The notes beneath the pieces are model-generated. The model had not been told where the DNA came from, made no database searches, and saw nothing but the letters and a program-made list of their open reading frames with translations. The position numbers were made by a program, and so were the translations under genes. DNA of 53,729 bases from a virus (Duplodnaviria > Caudoviricetes): positions 1-53,729 of the IMG/VR virus record IMGVR_UViG_3300036846_000650; one strand, 5' to 3'. How positions within the stretch are numbered: position 1 is the first letter of the stretch; every line of letters starts with the position of its first letter. Positions 44,313-52,141 of this stretch are shown piece by piece.

Positions 44313-44453
44313 TTAAGCCGGTGGCAGCCGCTTGGCGGTCACCACGATTTCTGGAATGTCCTGTTGCGGCGGGAGGGAGTATTCCCAAGAGAGGAATACC
44401 CCAGCGCCGACAAGCAGGTGCAGGATCAGCGAGATCAGGGCCAGCTTGGCCAT
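44313..44453 (-). CDS. 46-aa TonB/TolA-N-terminus-like mini-protein
   Basis: TGATG-coupled; MAKLALISLILHLLVGAGVFLSWEYSLPPQQDIPEIVVTAKRLPPA. Confidence 0.55.
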   Translation of the reverse strand: MAKLALISLILHLLVGAGVFLSWEYSLPPQQDIPEIVVTAKRLPPA

Positions 44454-45094
44454 CACGCCACCCCCTCGCAGGAGAGGGCGGCGGTGGTCTTGGCACCCCA
44501 GGGTAGTCCGAAGTGCTCAGCGCAGTCCGGGCCATACCCGACGGCCTTGCTGTCCGGGTGGGTCAGTTCCTTCTGGCAGAAGCAGCAGTGATGGGTGGCG
44601 ACGCCGTAGGCTGCCGCGGTGCCGGCCGGGTCGTTGGCCAGCACGGCGAGGAGCCCGGCCACCGCAAGCTGGGTGGCATGGTCCACCTTGCCCGACACCT
44701 GCCACGCGCCGTCCGGGCTGACGCGGCCATACCAGACGTTGGAGCCAAACTTGCCGCCGTCGGTGACGTTCACCGTGCCCGGCTGCTTGGCCTTCTCGCC
44801 CGCGAGCGACAGCACGATCTTGCGGCCATCGTTGAGCTTCAGGGCGATCTTGGGGAATGCCTTGTGCTGCTTGGCGGCGGCGAATAGCGCGATGACGCCA
44901 GCGAAGTTGCCCACCTCGACCGCGGGAGCGGCTGCCGGCGCGGTGCCGGTGGCGCGCTGCGCCAGCTTCATGATCCAATACATCTGCTTCTCGGAGGGAT
45001 GGCTGGCCGACAGCAGGGAGTGGGCGAAAGCCTGATCCTTGGCGGGCAGGCTGGCGAGGTTTTCGGTGAGGGTGATGATCGGGTTGATTTCCAT
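44453..45094 (-). CDS. DUF6011-type Zn-binding protein
   Basis: CCFCQKELT.PDS..VGYGPDCA motif. Confidence 0.82.
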   Translation of the reverse strand: MEINPIITLTENLASLPAKDQAFAHSLLSASHPSEKQMYWIMKLAQRATGTAPAAAPAVEVGNFAGVIALFAAAKQHKAFPKIALKLNDGRKIVLSLAGEKAKQPGTVNVTDGGKFGSNVWYGRVSPDGAWQVSGKVDHATQLAVAGLLAVLANDPAGTAAAYGVATHHCCFCQKELTHPDSKAVGYGPDCAEHFGLPWGAKTTAALSCEGVA

Positions 45095-45114
45095 CGGGGT
45101 GGTTCCGTCTGAAG

Positions 45115-45190
45115 GGCCCGAGCGGAATTGCTCCGGCCACGACGAAAATATACGCATTTCGGGTATTTTTCGCAAGGGAAAAAATACACC
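45115..45190 (-). promoter_or_regulatory. Early promoter plus CAAUUCCG leader hairpin, copy 2
   Basis: TTGCGA-17-TATATT; stem GGCCGGAG/CTCGGGCC. Confidence 0.75.
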
Positions 45191-45210
45191 AAATCTGAAT
45201 TATTTTAATT

Positions 45211-45515
45211 CGGCTGGTGGTAGCGTTTCAGCGCATTCCACCTAACGCCAGCCGTTGGCGACCCCTCCGGGGTCCGGTGCTGTTTTACCGGTAGCTGACC
45301 GGCTTCGCTTCATCGGGTGCAGCCCGACTAGCCGGGAGCGACCCCGGCACGTCTGAATAAGGGAGGGCGGCCAGCCTTACCCGTACCGTTTTAAGCCCAC
45401 CTAGGGATTGCCCCTTGTCCAGCCCGGCCATGAATGATCACAGGGGTGACCGGGAGGTGGGGAGGCTGGCCATGTCGCGTTGTGCCCTCGTCAACTGTGA
45501 AACCGGTGGGACCCC
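45211..45515 (-). ncRNA. Candidate structured non-coding RNA
   Basis: About 300 nt with no credible ORF and at least nine stems, including a multibranch domain. Confidence 0.5.
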
Positions 45516-46634
45516 CTATGCTGCCACGAGCGCCCGGCCGTTGGCGGTAGCGATCTCCGTCCACTGGCTCCTGGATAGGTCGATGATCTCGCCGCCCATG
45601 CGCTCGAATTCACTGGCGCGGTCATAGGACGACAGGTCCTCCGCCGTCCGCGTCACCGCGTTGTACAAGCCGTAGCGTGTCAGATCGCCACCCTCGATCA
45701 AGTTCTTCAGGACGGAGGAGCGCTCGCCCTCGTTCATCTCAAACTTGCGGGCGGTCAGTTCCACCACCTTGACCACGTCGGCCTCGATCGGCTGGCTGGC
45801 GGTGTCGGCGATCTTCTTGACCCGGGCCTCGAAGGCGGCCTCGTTGAAGGCACCGCGGACCACGTCGCGCACCTGCATCCAGATCGCCTTGTCGGTCTGG
45901 CGGCGGGTCTCGTCGGACAGCAACTCGCGGATATTGTCCACCACTGAGGAGAGATCGTGACGGGCCCCCAGGTGGCGCTTCTTCATGCCTTGGTCGGCAA
46001 ACACCGCGAGGTTGGTGCACGCCCTGGTCCAGACGCCGGACTCTACCGACAGCATACCAACGCCGACTTCTGAGTTGCTGATGATGACCGCGGGGGCGCA
46101 GGTGTCGAAGATGGTGTGGCTGCCGTCGCCCATGCGGCGGCCCGACGGGATGTCGAGATTGATGCTCTGGTCCACGCACTTGATGTAGAGCCGGCGTTCG
46201 GTGATCTGTGCGGAGACGACTTCGAGCCGAAGGTCCATCAGCACCGGCAGCACGGCCTCCGCCAGTTCGACATTCTCCAGCGGGCGGTAGCCGTCGGACA
46301 GGAAGGCGCGCATCCGGCCGTCCATGGTGCGGACCATCCGCTTGGCGCTGGGGTCCTGGGCCATCCAGGCGTTGACGTTCTGGGCCAGGAGGTCGGGCAT
46401 CTTGGCCAGCATCCGGTCGTAGTATTTGCCCGGAATGTTGGTGAAGGTGCCGATCTGGTCATGGGCCAGACTGTTGATGCCGAATTGTGTCTCATGGCCG
46501 ACGCGCATGGCCACGCCGCCATCGCCGTCGTTCATCATGGTGAGTGCCTTAACGGGCGCGATCAGATCGTGCTTGGCGTTGGCCTGCCGCTCGATCTCGC
46601 GGGCGAGGTCCTGGAGGGAGAGTCCGGTCTTCAT
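45516..46634 (-). CDS. DUF932-family protein
   Basis: RAFLSDGYRPLEN, ISNSEVG.G and RACTNL motifs; AAGGAG SD. Confidence 0.85.
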   Translation of the reverse strand: MKTGLSLQDLAREIERQANAKHDLIAPVKALTMMNDGDGGVAMRVGHETQFGINSLAHDQIGTFTNIPGKYYDRMLAKMPDLLAQNVNAWMAQDPSAKRMVRTMDGRMRAFLSDGYRPLENVELAEAVLPVLMDLRLEVVSAQITERRLYIKCVDQSINLDIPSGRRMGDGSHTIFDTCAPAVIISNSEVGVGMLSVESGVWTRACTNLAVFADQGMKKRHLGARHDLSSVVDNIRELLSDETRRQTDKAIWMQVRDVVRGAFNEAAFEARVKKIADTASQPIEADVVKVVELTARKFEMNEGERSSVLKNLIEGGDLTRYGLYNAVTRTAEDLSSYDRASEFERMGGEIIDLSRSQWTEIATANGRALVAA

Positions 46635-46671
46635 AGGGGAAATGCTCCTTGGGGTGCAGTGTGCTGGTCGT

Positions 46672-46755
46672 CCGAGCGGAATTGCCCGGGCCGGAAATAA
46701 ATAGGGCTTTGCGAATTAAATGTCCATGGAAAAATACCGCTACCGGGTATTTTCC
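46672..46755 (-). promoter_or_regulatory. Early promoter plus CAAUUCCG leader hairpin, copy 3, with upstream palindrome
   Basis: TGGACA-17-TATTTA; stem CCGGG/CTCGG; GGAAAATACC-N7-GGTATTTTTCC. Confidence 0.7.
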
Positions 46756-46970
46756 TTGGATTTCCTCCGGCCTCGACCTGGAGCCTCTGGCACCAGCCAT
46801 GGCCAGCCCGAGCGCCGGGCGCAGTCCATGCACAGCCGTCGCTCCGGGCCGCCCGACAGCACGAAGACCGTGGCTGGACGCCGCGGGTGCCGTTCACAGC
46901 GCAATGACGTTGGGCTTCCGGTGGTAACGTGCACGAGAGCACTATGCGCGTGCACGTGCAGAATGGTCAC
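46740..46970 (-). CDS. Small Zn-finger-like hypothetical protein
   Basis: CERH...CMDC. Confidence 0.4.
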   Translation of the reverse strand: MTILHVHAHSALVHVTTGSPTSLRCERHPRRPATVFVLSGGPERRLCMDCARRSGWPWLVPEAPGRGRRKSKENTR

Positions 46971-46972
46971 AT

Positions 46973-47002
46973 AGAAAAGGGGCGGACCCTGCGGCCCGCC
47001 CC
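46973..47002 (-). terminator. Rho-independent terminator
   Basis: Minus strand GGGGCGGGCC-GCAG-GGTCCGCCCC then TTTTCT; adjacent 12-bp tandem repeat GCCCCCGTCTCA x2. Confidence 0.75.
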
Positions 47003-47018
47003 CGTCTCAGCCCCCGTC

Positions 47019-47264
47019 TCAGCCCTCGTACACCAGCCCGTCCACCACCTCGAAGGCTTCCACCACGGCGAAGCCGCCGCCATCGGTGAAGGTGATCCGA
47101 GTGCCCGGCGCGTTGTTCCGGCGCGGGTAGTAGCAGCGGATCGCCTCCACGTTGACCGCGCACGGGGTGGAGGTGATGCCCGCCGGGCCCTCGCCCTCCT
47201 CGTTGTCGTTGTACATGTCCCGCCGACGATCGGCGGTGATCTTCTTCAGGATGACACGTCGCAT
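47019..47264 (-). CDS. Hypothetical protein
   Basis: AGGAG SD; AVNVEAI...GTRITF...VVEAFEVV. Confidence 0.7.
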   Translation of the reverse strand: MRRVILKKITADRRRDMYNDNEEGEGPAGITSTPCAVNVEAIRCYYPRRNNAPGTRITFTDGGGFAVVEAFEVVDGLVYEG

Positions 47265-47297
47265 AGTCAGGTACTCCTAAAAAGCCAGCGTAATTTC

Positions 47298-47825
47298 TTA
47301 GCCGGTCGCTGGCATGGCCGGCATCTCCGGGTAGGCCGCGAGTGTCGGCCGCCCCTTCCTGCGGTGGCGTTGGCGCTCCACGTAAGTCGGGCTCTTGTCG
47401 TCCCATGAGTCGCGGACCGCCTCGTTCAGTCCCTTGTGGGCTGCCTTCGGCATCCGGTGGTCCCGGTAGCCCTGCTTGATCACCCGCAGGTAATAGTCGC
47501 TGGGCGGCATGATCCCGGTGGAGTTCATGACGTAGATCAGCATCTCGGTTTCGCCCATCGGGGTGCGCTTGATCTGGATGTATTCCTTGCGATACAGCCC
47601 GGAGCCGATCCCCTCATAGATGTCCAGCGCCACCTCGCAGGTTGGCGTGATCCGCCACACCCCGCCGTAGCAGATTGCGCCGGGCTCCTGGATGACATCG
47701 GCCACGCCGCGGAAGACCAGCCGCCAGTTGGCCAGCCGCATCCGCCCGAGCGGCTCCGCGTCCGGGCAGCGCTTCGCCATCTGTTCGACATTCAGGTTGC
47801 TGCCGTAGGCAAACATCAGCGCCAT
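47298..47825 (-). CDS. Gamma-glutamylcyclotransferase (GGCT/AIG2-like)
   Basis: FAYGSNL...QM..RCP, LD.YEG...Y and PS..Y..VI..GY motifs. Confidence 0.92.
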   Translation of the reverse strand: MALMFAYGSNLNVEQMAKRCPDAEPLGRMRLANWRLVFRGVADVIQEPGAICYGGVWRITPTCEVALDIYEGIGSGLYRKEYIQIKRTPMGETEMLIYVMNSTGIMPPSDYYLRVIKQGYRDHRMPKAAHKGLNEAVRDSWDDKSPTYVERQRHRRKGRPTLAAYPEMPAMPATG

Positions 47826-48265
47826 CACACGACTCCTTCATTGCCGTAGGCGGTCATGCCCAGCGCCAGTGCGGCGCACGCCAGTCCGATGTAGTGGGGA
47901 ATACGCTGGCCTGTCTCCCAGCCTGCCAGGGAGTTTCTGGAGCAGCCCAGCATCTTGGCAGCCTCAGCCTGCGAGTAGCCCATCCGTTCCCGCCACACGA
48001 TCAGCGTAGGCCCGTCCAGGGCCGCGTTGGGCCGGGTCGGGCTTGGCTTCTCAGGGGGCGTGATGGCCACCTCGCCGGGGCTGTCGTTGTCCAGATCGAT
48101 CGCGATGTGACGGAAGGCGCGCACTCCGTGGCGGGAAACTTCCGCCCGCTCAGCAAAGCCAAGGGTGCGGAAGATCGCGCAAAGCTGGGCCTCGTTCATG
48201 CCGGTGTGCCATGCCATGCGGCCAAGATCGGCCGCGGCTTCTGTGGTGAGGGTTTGTGTATTCAT
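47825..48265 (-). CDS. XRE-family HTH protein
   Basis: WRERMGYSQAEAAKMLGCSRNSLAGWETG..IP..I.LAC.AL. Confidence 0.85.
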   Translation of the reverse strand: MNTQTLTTEAAADLGRMAWHTGMNEAQLCAIFRTLGFAERAEVSRHGVRAFRHIAIDLDNDSPGEVAITPPEKPSPTRPNAALDGPTLIVWRERMGYSQAEAAKMLGCSRNSLAGWETGQRIPHYIGLACAALALGMTAYGNEGVV

Positions 48266-48318
48266 TTGAGCCGGTTCCTTTCGTGTTGGAGCATATATGC
48301 GCTGATGCCTGCCCTAAT

Positions 48319-49344
48319 TCAAGCAGCCATCGCCATTGAGCTAGAAAGATGCGCCGTCCGGGCCGTGAAGAAGGCCCGTTCGGCATCGTCAAGGCCGAGC
48401 TTGCCAAACAGCCCTTCGAGGCTGGCTGGAGCTTCGGTGGAGGCAGCCGCGGCCTGGGCGAAGTACCTCACGACGCGGCCGGTCCGCTGGGTGGTGTAGG
48501 CCAGCCCGCACTCGCGAGCCCGCTGCGGCAGGGAGATCGACGGCCAGCCGGTGGCTGCGCACGCCTCCTCGCGGGTCACGCCCTCAGTGCGGAGCATCAG
48601 TTGCCCGACAAGGTGGCCCTTGCTGCCCAGGCGGGCGCGGTTGATTGCTCCGCCGCCGGTAGCGATGCCGTTGCCGGACTTGGCTGCCCATACCAGCTTG
48701 AGGCAGAGCAGTATCCAGTTGCGCACCTTGGCGTTGTCCAGCGTGCCCTGATGCTGGCGGAATTCAACGGTCTGGTGGGCGCGGTAGGCACAGAGGTTGA
48801 GCTTGGTATAGCGTGCCGTGTGGCCTGGGGGCGTCAGTGCCCGGATGAGCCCCTCCACGCTGTCCGTCCGATCGATGGTGCGGAAGGGGACGTTGGTCAC
48901 CGAGCGGCAGTAGGACGCAGCGCTGGCGCGCCGTGACGCCGCCATGAAGCGGTCGATCACCGGCTCGAAGTGCGCGTAGAGCTTCAGCAGGTTGCGGAAA
49001 AACGCTATGTTGCCGTTGCCGTGGCCGACGCCGACATGGACGTGGGTCCCGCACAGCTTGGACACCGTGCAGCCCATGTCATTGAGGAGCGCCAGCACCG
49101 TGGCGACCGTCTCCAGGCCGGCCTCGCCTTGCAGGACGGGAGAGACGAATTCCGCCCCGCGGGCGTAATCGTTGAGCGAGCCGTCAGTGACGATCTTCCA
49201 CCATGTGCGGGTTTGGTGGTTGTAGCTCTCGGGCCGGCAGTCGATGCCCTGATTGGTGAGCGCCATCGCCGCCGCGCCATGGGAAAGGCCGACGGGGAGG
49301 TAGACTTCAAACTCCACGCCGAAGGTTTGGTCGAGGTAGGCCAT
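48319..49344 (-). CDS. Putative amidoligase (Amidoligase_2) with DUF3489-like insert
   Basis: TFGVEFE, WKIVTDGSL, EFVSPVL, CGTHVHVG, RY.KLN and TVEFRQHQGT motifs. Confidence 0.92.
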   Translation of the reverse strand: MAYLDQTFGVEFEVYLPVGLSHGAAAMALTNQGIDCRPESYNHQTRTWWKIVTDGSLNDYARGAEFVSPVLQGEAGLETVATVLALLNDMGCTVSKLCGTHVHVGVGHGNGNIAFFRNLLKLYAHFEPVIDRFMAASRRASAASYCRSVTNVPFRTIDRTDSVEGLIRALTPPGHTARYTKLNLCAYRAHQTVEFRQHQGTLDNAKVRNWILLCLKLVWAAKSGNGIATGGGAINRARLGSKGHLVGQLMLRTEGVTREEACAATGWPSISLPQRARECGLAYTTQRTGRVVRYFAQAAAASTEAPASLEGLFGKLGLDDAERAFFTARTAHLSSSMAMAA

Positions 49345-49382
49345 CTGTCGAAGCTCCATGTGGTGGATCAGTGTGCGGCACA

Positions 49383-49429
49383 AATATGCGCAATCACCAC
49401 GGGATAGTCAAGCACTAATTTGCGCAATC
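49383..49429 (-). promoter_or_regulatory. Early promoter with GATTGCGCA direct repeats
   Basis: TTGACT-17-CATATT; GATTGCGCA(A/T)ATT upstream of the -35 and overlapping the -10. Confidence 0.65.
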
Positions 49430-49486
49430 TGGAATTTTCTGCACGAATTTACGCTGGGCGGCTGATGTAAGCTGGATTACATCTGG

Positions 49487-49645
49487 ATGTGACCGGATTT
49501 CAGGCCGGTTTGGAGTGCACACCCCAAAGTCGCCCTGGCAATTGCCATGTGACCGGATCGGCCCGAATCCCCGGACAAACTTTCTTACCCTCTGTCGGGG
49601 GTTTCCCAGCTTCAACTGGTTTAAGCTGCCATGTGACCGGATCGG
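49487..49645 (+). repeat. Direct repeats upstream of terS (candidate pac/terminase sites)
   Basis: ATGTGACCGGAT x3; TGCCATGTGACCGGATCGG exact at 49543 and 49627. Confidence 0.7.
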
Positions 49646-49805
49646 GAGTGGCAATCCGCGGAAATTATGTCACGCTTTCCGCGGCGGTTTCTGCGGGCCT
49701 CCAGAAGCCGCAGGACAGCCCCCGAGCTTGCCTGCTACACTCACCGCCACCAGAGTCCACAAGCCGCCCAGCGGGCTCCCTAAGCCAGCCACGGGCATAC
49801 TAGCC

Positions 49806-50258
49806 ATGGGGGCCGGATTGCCGCAGCAAGGACGGGTGACACTTCGGACGGGGAAGAAACGCCGGCAGTTTCTGAGCGTCCTGGCCACTGGCTATTCAGT
49901 CACCAGAGCCGCCCAGGCGATCGGCCTCAGCCGCAACACGATGTATGAATGGCGCAGGGACGACCCCGAATTTGCCAGGGAATGGGACGATGCCTGGGAG
50001 TCCGGCACCGACTGCTTCGAGGACCAGCTACGCGAGATGGCGGCGGAGAAGAATATCGCCGCGGTAATCTTCGGCCTGAAATCCCGCCGGCCCGAGCGCT
50101 ACAATCGCGCGCCCTATGTGCCAGATGAGCTACCGATGGTCCCGATCACCGGCGGTGGCATGGCCGAAGCTACCGGGCGGCAAATCTATCTGCCAAGCTC
50201 CGACATCGACCAAAGCCCGCTGATCGAGGGCACGGCGGAGGAGGAGAAAGCCGCGTGA
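49806..50258 (+). CDS. terS: Terminase small subunit
   Basis: FL..LA.G.SVTRAA..IG.SR.T.Y.WR..DPEFA..W..A; LK.RRPE.Y. Confidence 0.85.
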   Translation: MGAGLPQQGRVTLRTGKKRRQFLSVLATGYSVTRAAQAIGLSRNTMYEWRRDDPEFAREWDDAWESGTDCFEDQLREMAAEKNIAAVIFGLKSRRPERYNRAPYVPDELPMVPITGGGMAEATGRQIYLPSSDIDQSPLIEGTAEEEKAA

Positions 50259-50455
50259 GACGGACCCGCAGCCGCATTGAGCGGGAGCTATTGGGCCGCG
50301 TTAAGGACGTGCTGAGCCTGTGCTTCCACAACGTGCGCGGCGACAATACCGAAGATTGCCGGCAGGCAATTGGGTATCTGACGATGGAAATTGACCAGCG
50401 TTTGGGAATTGTCCATCCCCCTCCGCCCCCAGGCTTCCGGCACGCAAGGCTGTGA
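50255..50455 (+). CDS. Hypothetical protein between terS and terL
   Basis: GTGA overlaps at both ends. Confidence 0.5.
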   Translation: MRRTRSRIERELLGRVKDVLSLCFHNVRGDNTEDCRQAIGYLTMEIDQRLGIVHPPPPPGFRHARL

Positions 50456-51834
50456 CCGCGGCCCGCAAGAAGCCCCGGCCGGGCATCGACATCTACCCGC
50501 AGGCTGGCCCGCAGCAGCAATTCCTGAAGACCGGCGCGGAGATCGCGATCTTCGGTGGAGCCGCAGGTAGTGGGAAATCATGGGCTTTGCTGATGGAGGG
50601 CCTGCGCTGGCCGCCTGAGATACCGGGCTTCGACGCGGTGATGTTCAGAAGGAATACCACCGATCTGCGCAAGCCGGGCGGGCTGTGGTCCGAATCCATG
50701 AAGCTCTACCCGTATGCTGGCGGACGGCCGATATCGCACCGGCTGGAATGGAAATGGGACCACGGGGGCTCGATCAAGCTGGCGCACCTGGAATATGACA
50801 ACACGGTCTTGGACTGGCACGGCAGCCAAGTGCCTTTGATCTGCTTCGATGAGTTGACCACCTTCAGCAAGTACCAGTTTTTCTATCTGCTGAGCCGCAA
50901 CAGAAGCACCACGGGGAAGCGGCCACGGGTGCGCGCCTCGTGCAACGCCGACGCAGGGTCATGGGTGGCCGAGCTAATCGGCTGGTGGATCGACCCGGTC
51001 ACCGGCTACCCGATCCCCGAGCGCAGCGGGGTGATCCGCTACTTCGTGCGCGGCCCGGACGATGCGCTGATATTCTACGACTCGCGCGAGCAGGCGATGG
51101 AAGCCACCGGGCAAGCGGCGGAGACCATCAAGAGCCTCACCTTCATCGCGGCCAAGCTGGCGGACAATCCCGCGCTGATGCGGTCCGATCCGGCCTACCT
51201 GGGCAATCTGATGGCGTTGCCCGCGGTGGAGCGCGAGCGGCTGCTCAATGGCAACTGGAAGATACGGCCGAGCGCCGGGCTCTATTTCAATCGCTCGTGG
51301 GTGCAGGTGGTGGATATCGCTCCCAAGACCGCGATGGTGGCCAGGGGATGGGACCTCGCCGCGACACCGGAGACGCAGGACAACGACCCGGATTGGACCA
51401 CAAGCACCAAGATCGGCCGGCTGGCGGATGGCCGTTACATCGTGCTGCACCATACCTGGACCCGCGGCACGCCGGCTGAGGTGGAGCGGCGGGTGCACAA
51501 TCTCTCAAGCCAGGACGGCTACATGACCACGGTGGGCCTGCCGCAGGACCCCGGGCAGGCGGGCAAGGCGCAGATCGCGGCGTTTGTCAGGATGCTGGCC
51601 GGCTACCCGATAGAATACAGCCCGGAGACCGGCGACAAGATCACCCGCTTCAGCCCGTTTTCGGCGCAAGCGGAGGCGGGCAACGTGCTGGTGCTGCGCG
51701 GCGACTGGAATGAGATGTGGTTTCAGCAGTTGGAAGGCTTTCCCGAGCTTCCGCACGATGACGCGGTCGACGCTACCTCGCGGGCATTTTCCATCGTGGC
51801 GGCGAGCGACCTCACACTGTGGGCGAGGATGTGA
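50452..51834 (+). CDS. terL: Terminase large subunit
   Basis: PQAGPQ, GGAAGSGKS, FDEL, WDLA, QDPGQAGK and HDDAVDA motifs. Confidence 0.96.
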   Translation: MTAARKKPRPGIDIYPQAGPQQQFLKTGAEIAIFGGAAGSGKSWALLMEGLRWPPEIPGFDAVMFRRNTTDLRKPGGLWSESMKLYPYAGGRPISHRLEWKWDHGGSIKLAHLEYDNTVLDWHGSQVPLICFDELTTFSKYQFFYLLSRNRSTTGKRPRVRASCNADAGSWVAELIGWWIDPVTGYPIPERSGVIRYFVRGPDDALIFYDSREQAMEATGQAAETIKSLTFIAAKLADNPALMRSDPAYLGNLMALPAVERERLLNGNWKIRPSAGLYFNRSWVQVVDIAPKTAMVARGWDLAATPETQDNDPDWTTSTKIGRLADGRYIVLHHTWTRGTPAEVERRVHNLSSQDGYMTTVGLPQDPGQAGKAQIAAFVRMLAGYPIEYSPETGDKITRFSPFSAQAEAGNVLVLRGDWNEMWFQQLEGFPELPHDDAVDATSRAFSIVAASDLTLWARM

Positions 51835-52115
51835 TGGACGAAGAATTCGAGGACGTGATGTGCACAGGCAATCCAGGTCCGCTTGATCCGCTGCCGCTGA
51901 GTGGCGGTGCGATCTGCGGTGAATTTCTACTGACCGACCTGACGCCGAAGCATTTCACCTTCGTGAACAACGAAACCGCCAAGGCATTCCTGACCGTCGG
52001 CTTCGACCCGCCGAGCGTGGAGGTGGACCCGGACCTGGACTGGAATCAGGCGGCAAGGATGTTCTGGAACGCGGTCTACCGGATGGTCGGCAAGCCGGCG
52101 CTATTCCCGGACTGA
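51834..52115 (+). CDS. Hypothetical protein
   Basis: TGATG-coupled; W..AA..FW motif. Confidence 0.6.
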   Translation: MDEEFEDVMCTGNPGPLDPLPLSGGAICGEFLLTDLTPKHFTFVNNETAKAFLTVGFDPPSVEVDPDLDWNQAARMFWNAVYRMVGKPALFPD

Positions 52116-52141
52116 TCCTCCCTTTCTAGGAGGGACCATTT

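Noticed and set aside
44387-44410. Hairpin GTATTCC-CAAGAGA-GGAATAC as a regulatory element
   Set aside because: It lies inside the 46-aa ORF and has no U-tract, so it may be incidental.
45224-45330. Hammerhead-like CCGAUGA...GAAAC on the minus strand, and twister-like ends on the plus strand
   Set aside because: The core deviates from CUGAUGA, stems I and III do not form, and the twister P4 motif is absent.
45255-45350. tRNA/tmRNA-like arms and a CCA-like end
   Set aside because: No cloverleaf or acceptor stem can be assembled.
49487-49645. CRISPR mini-array
   Set aside because: Only two full 19-nt copies with irregular spacing and no cas genes.
49515-49805. 247-aa extended terS start from the ORF track
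   Set aside because: The extension translates the DNA repeats; TerS-like sequence begins near ATG 49806.
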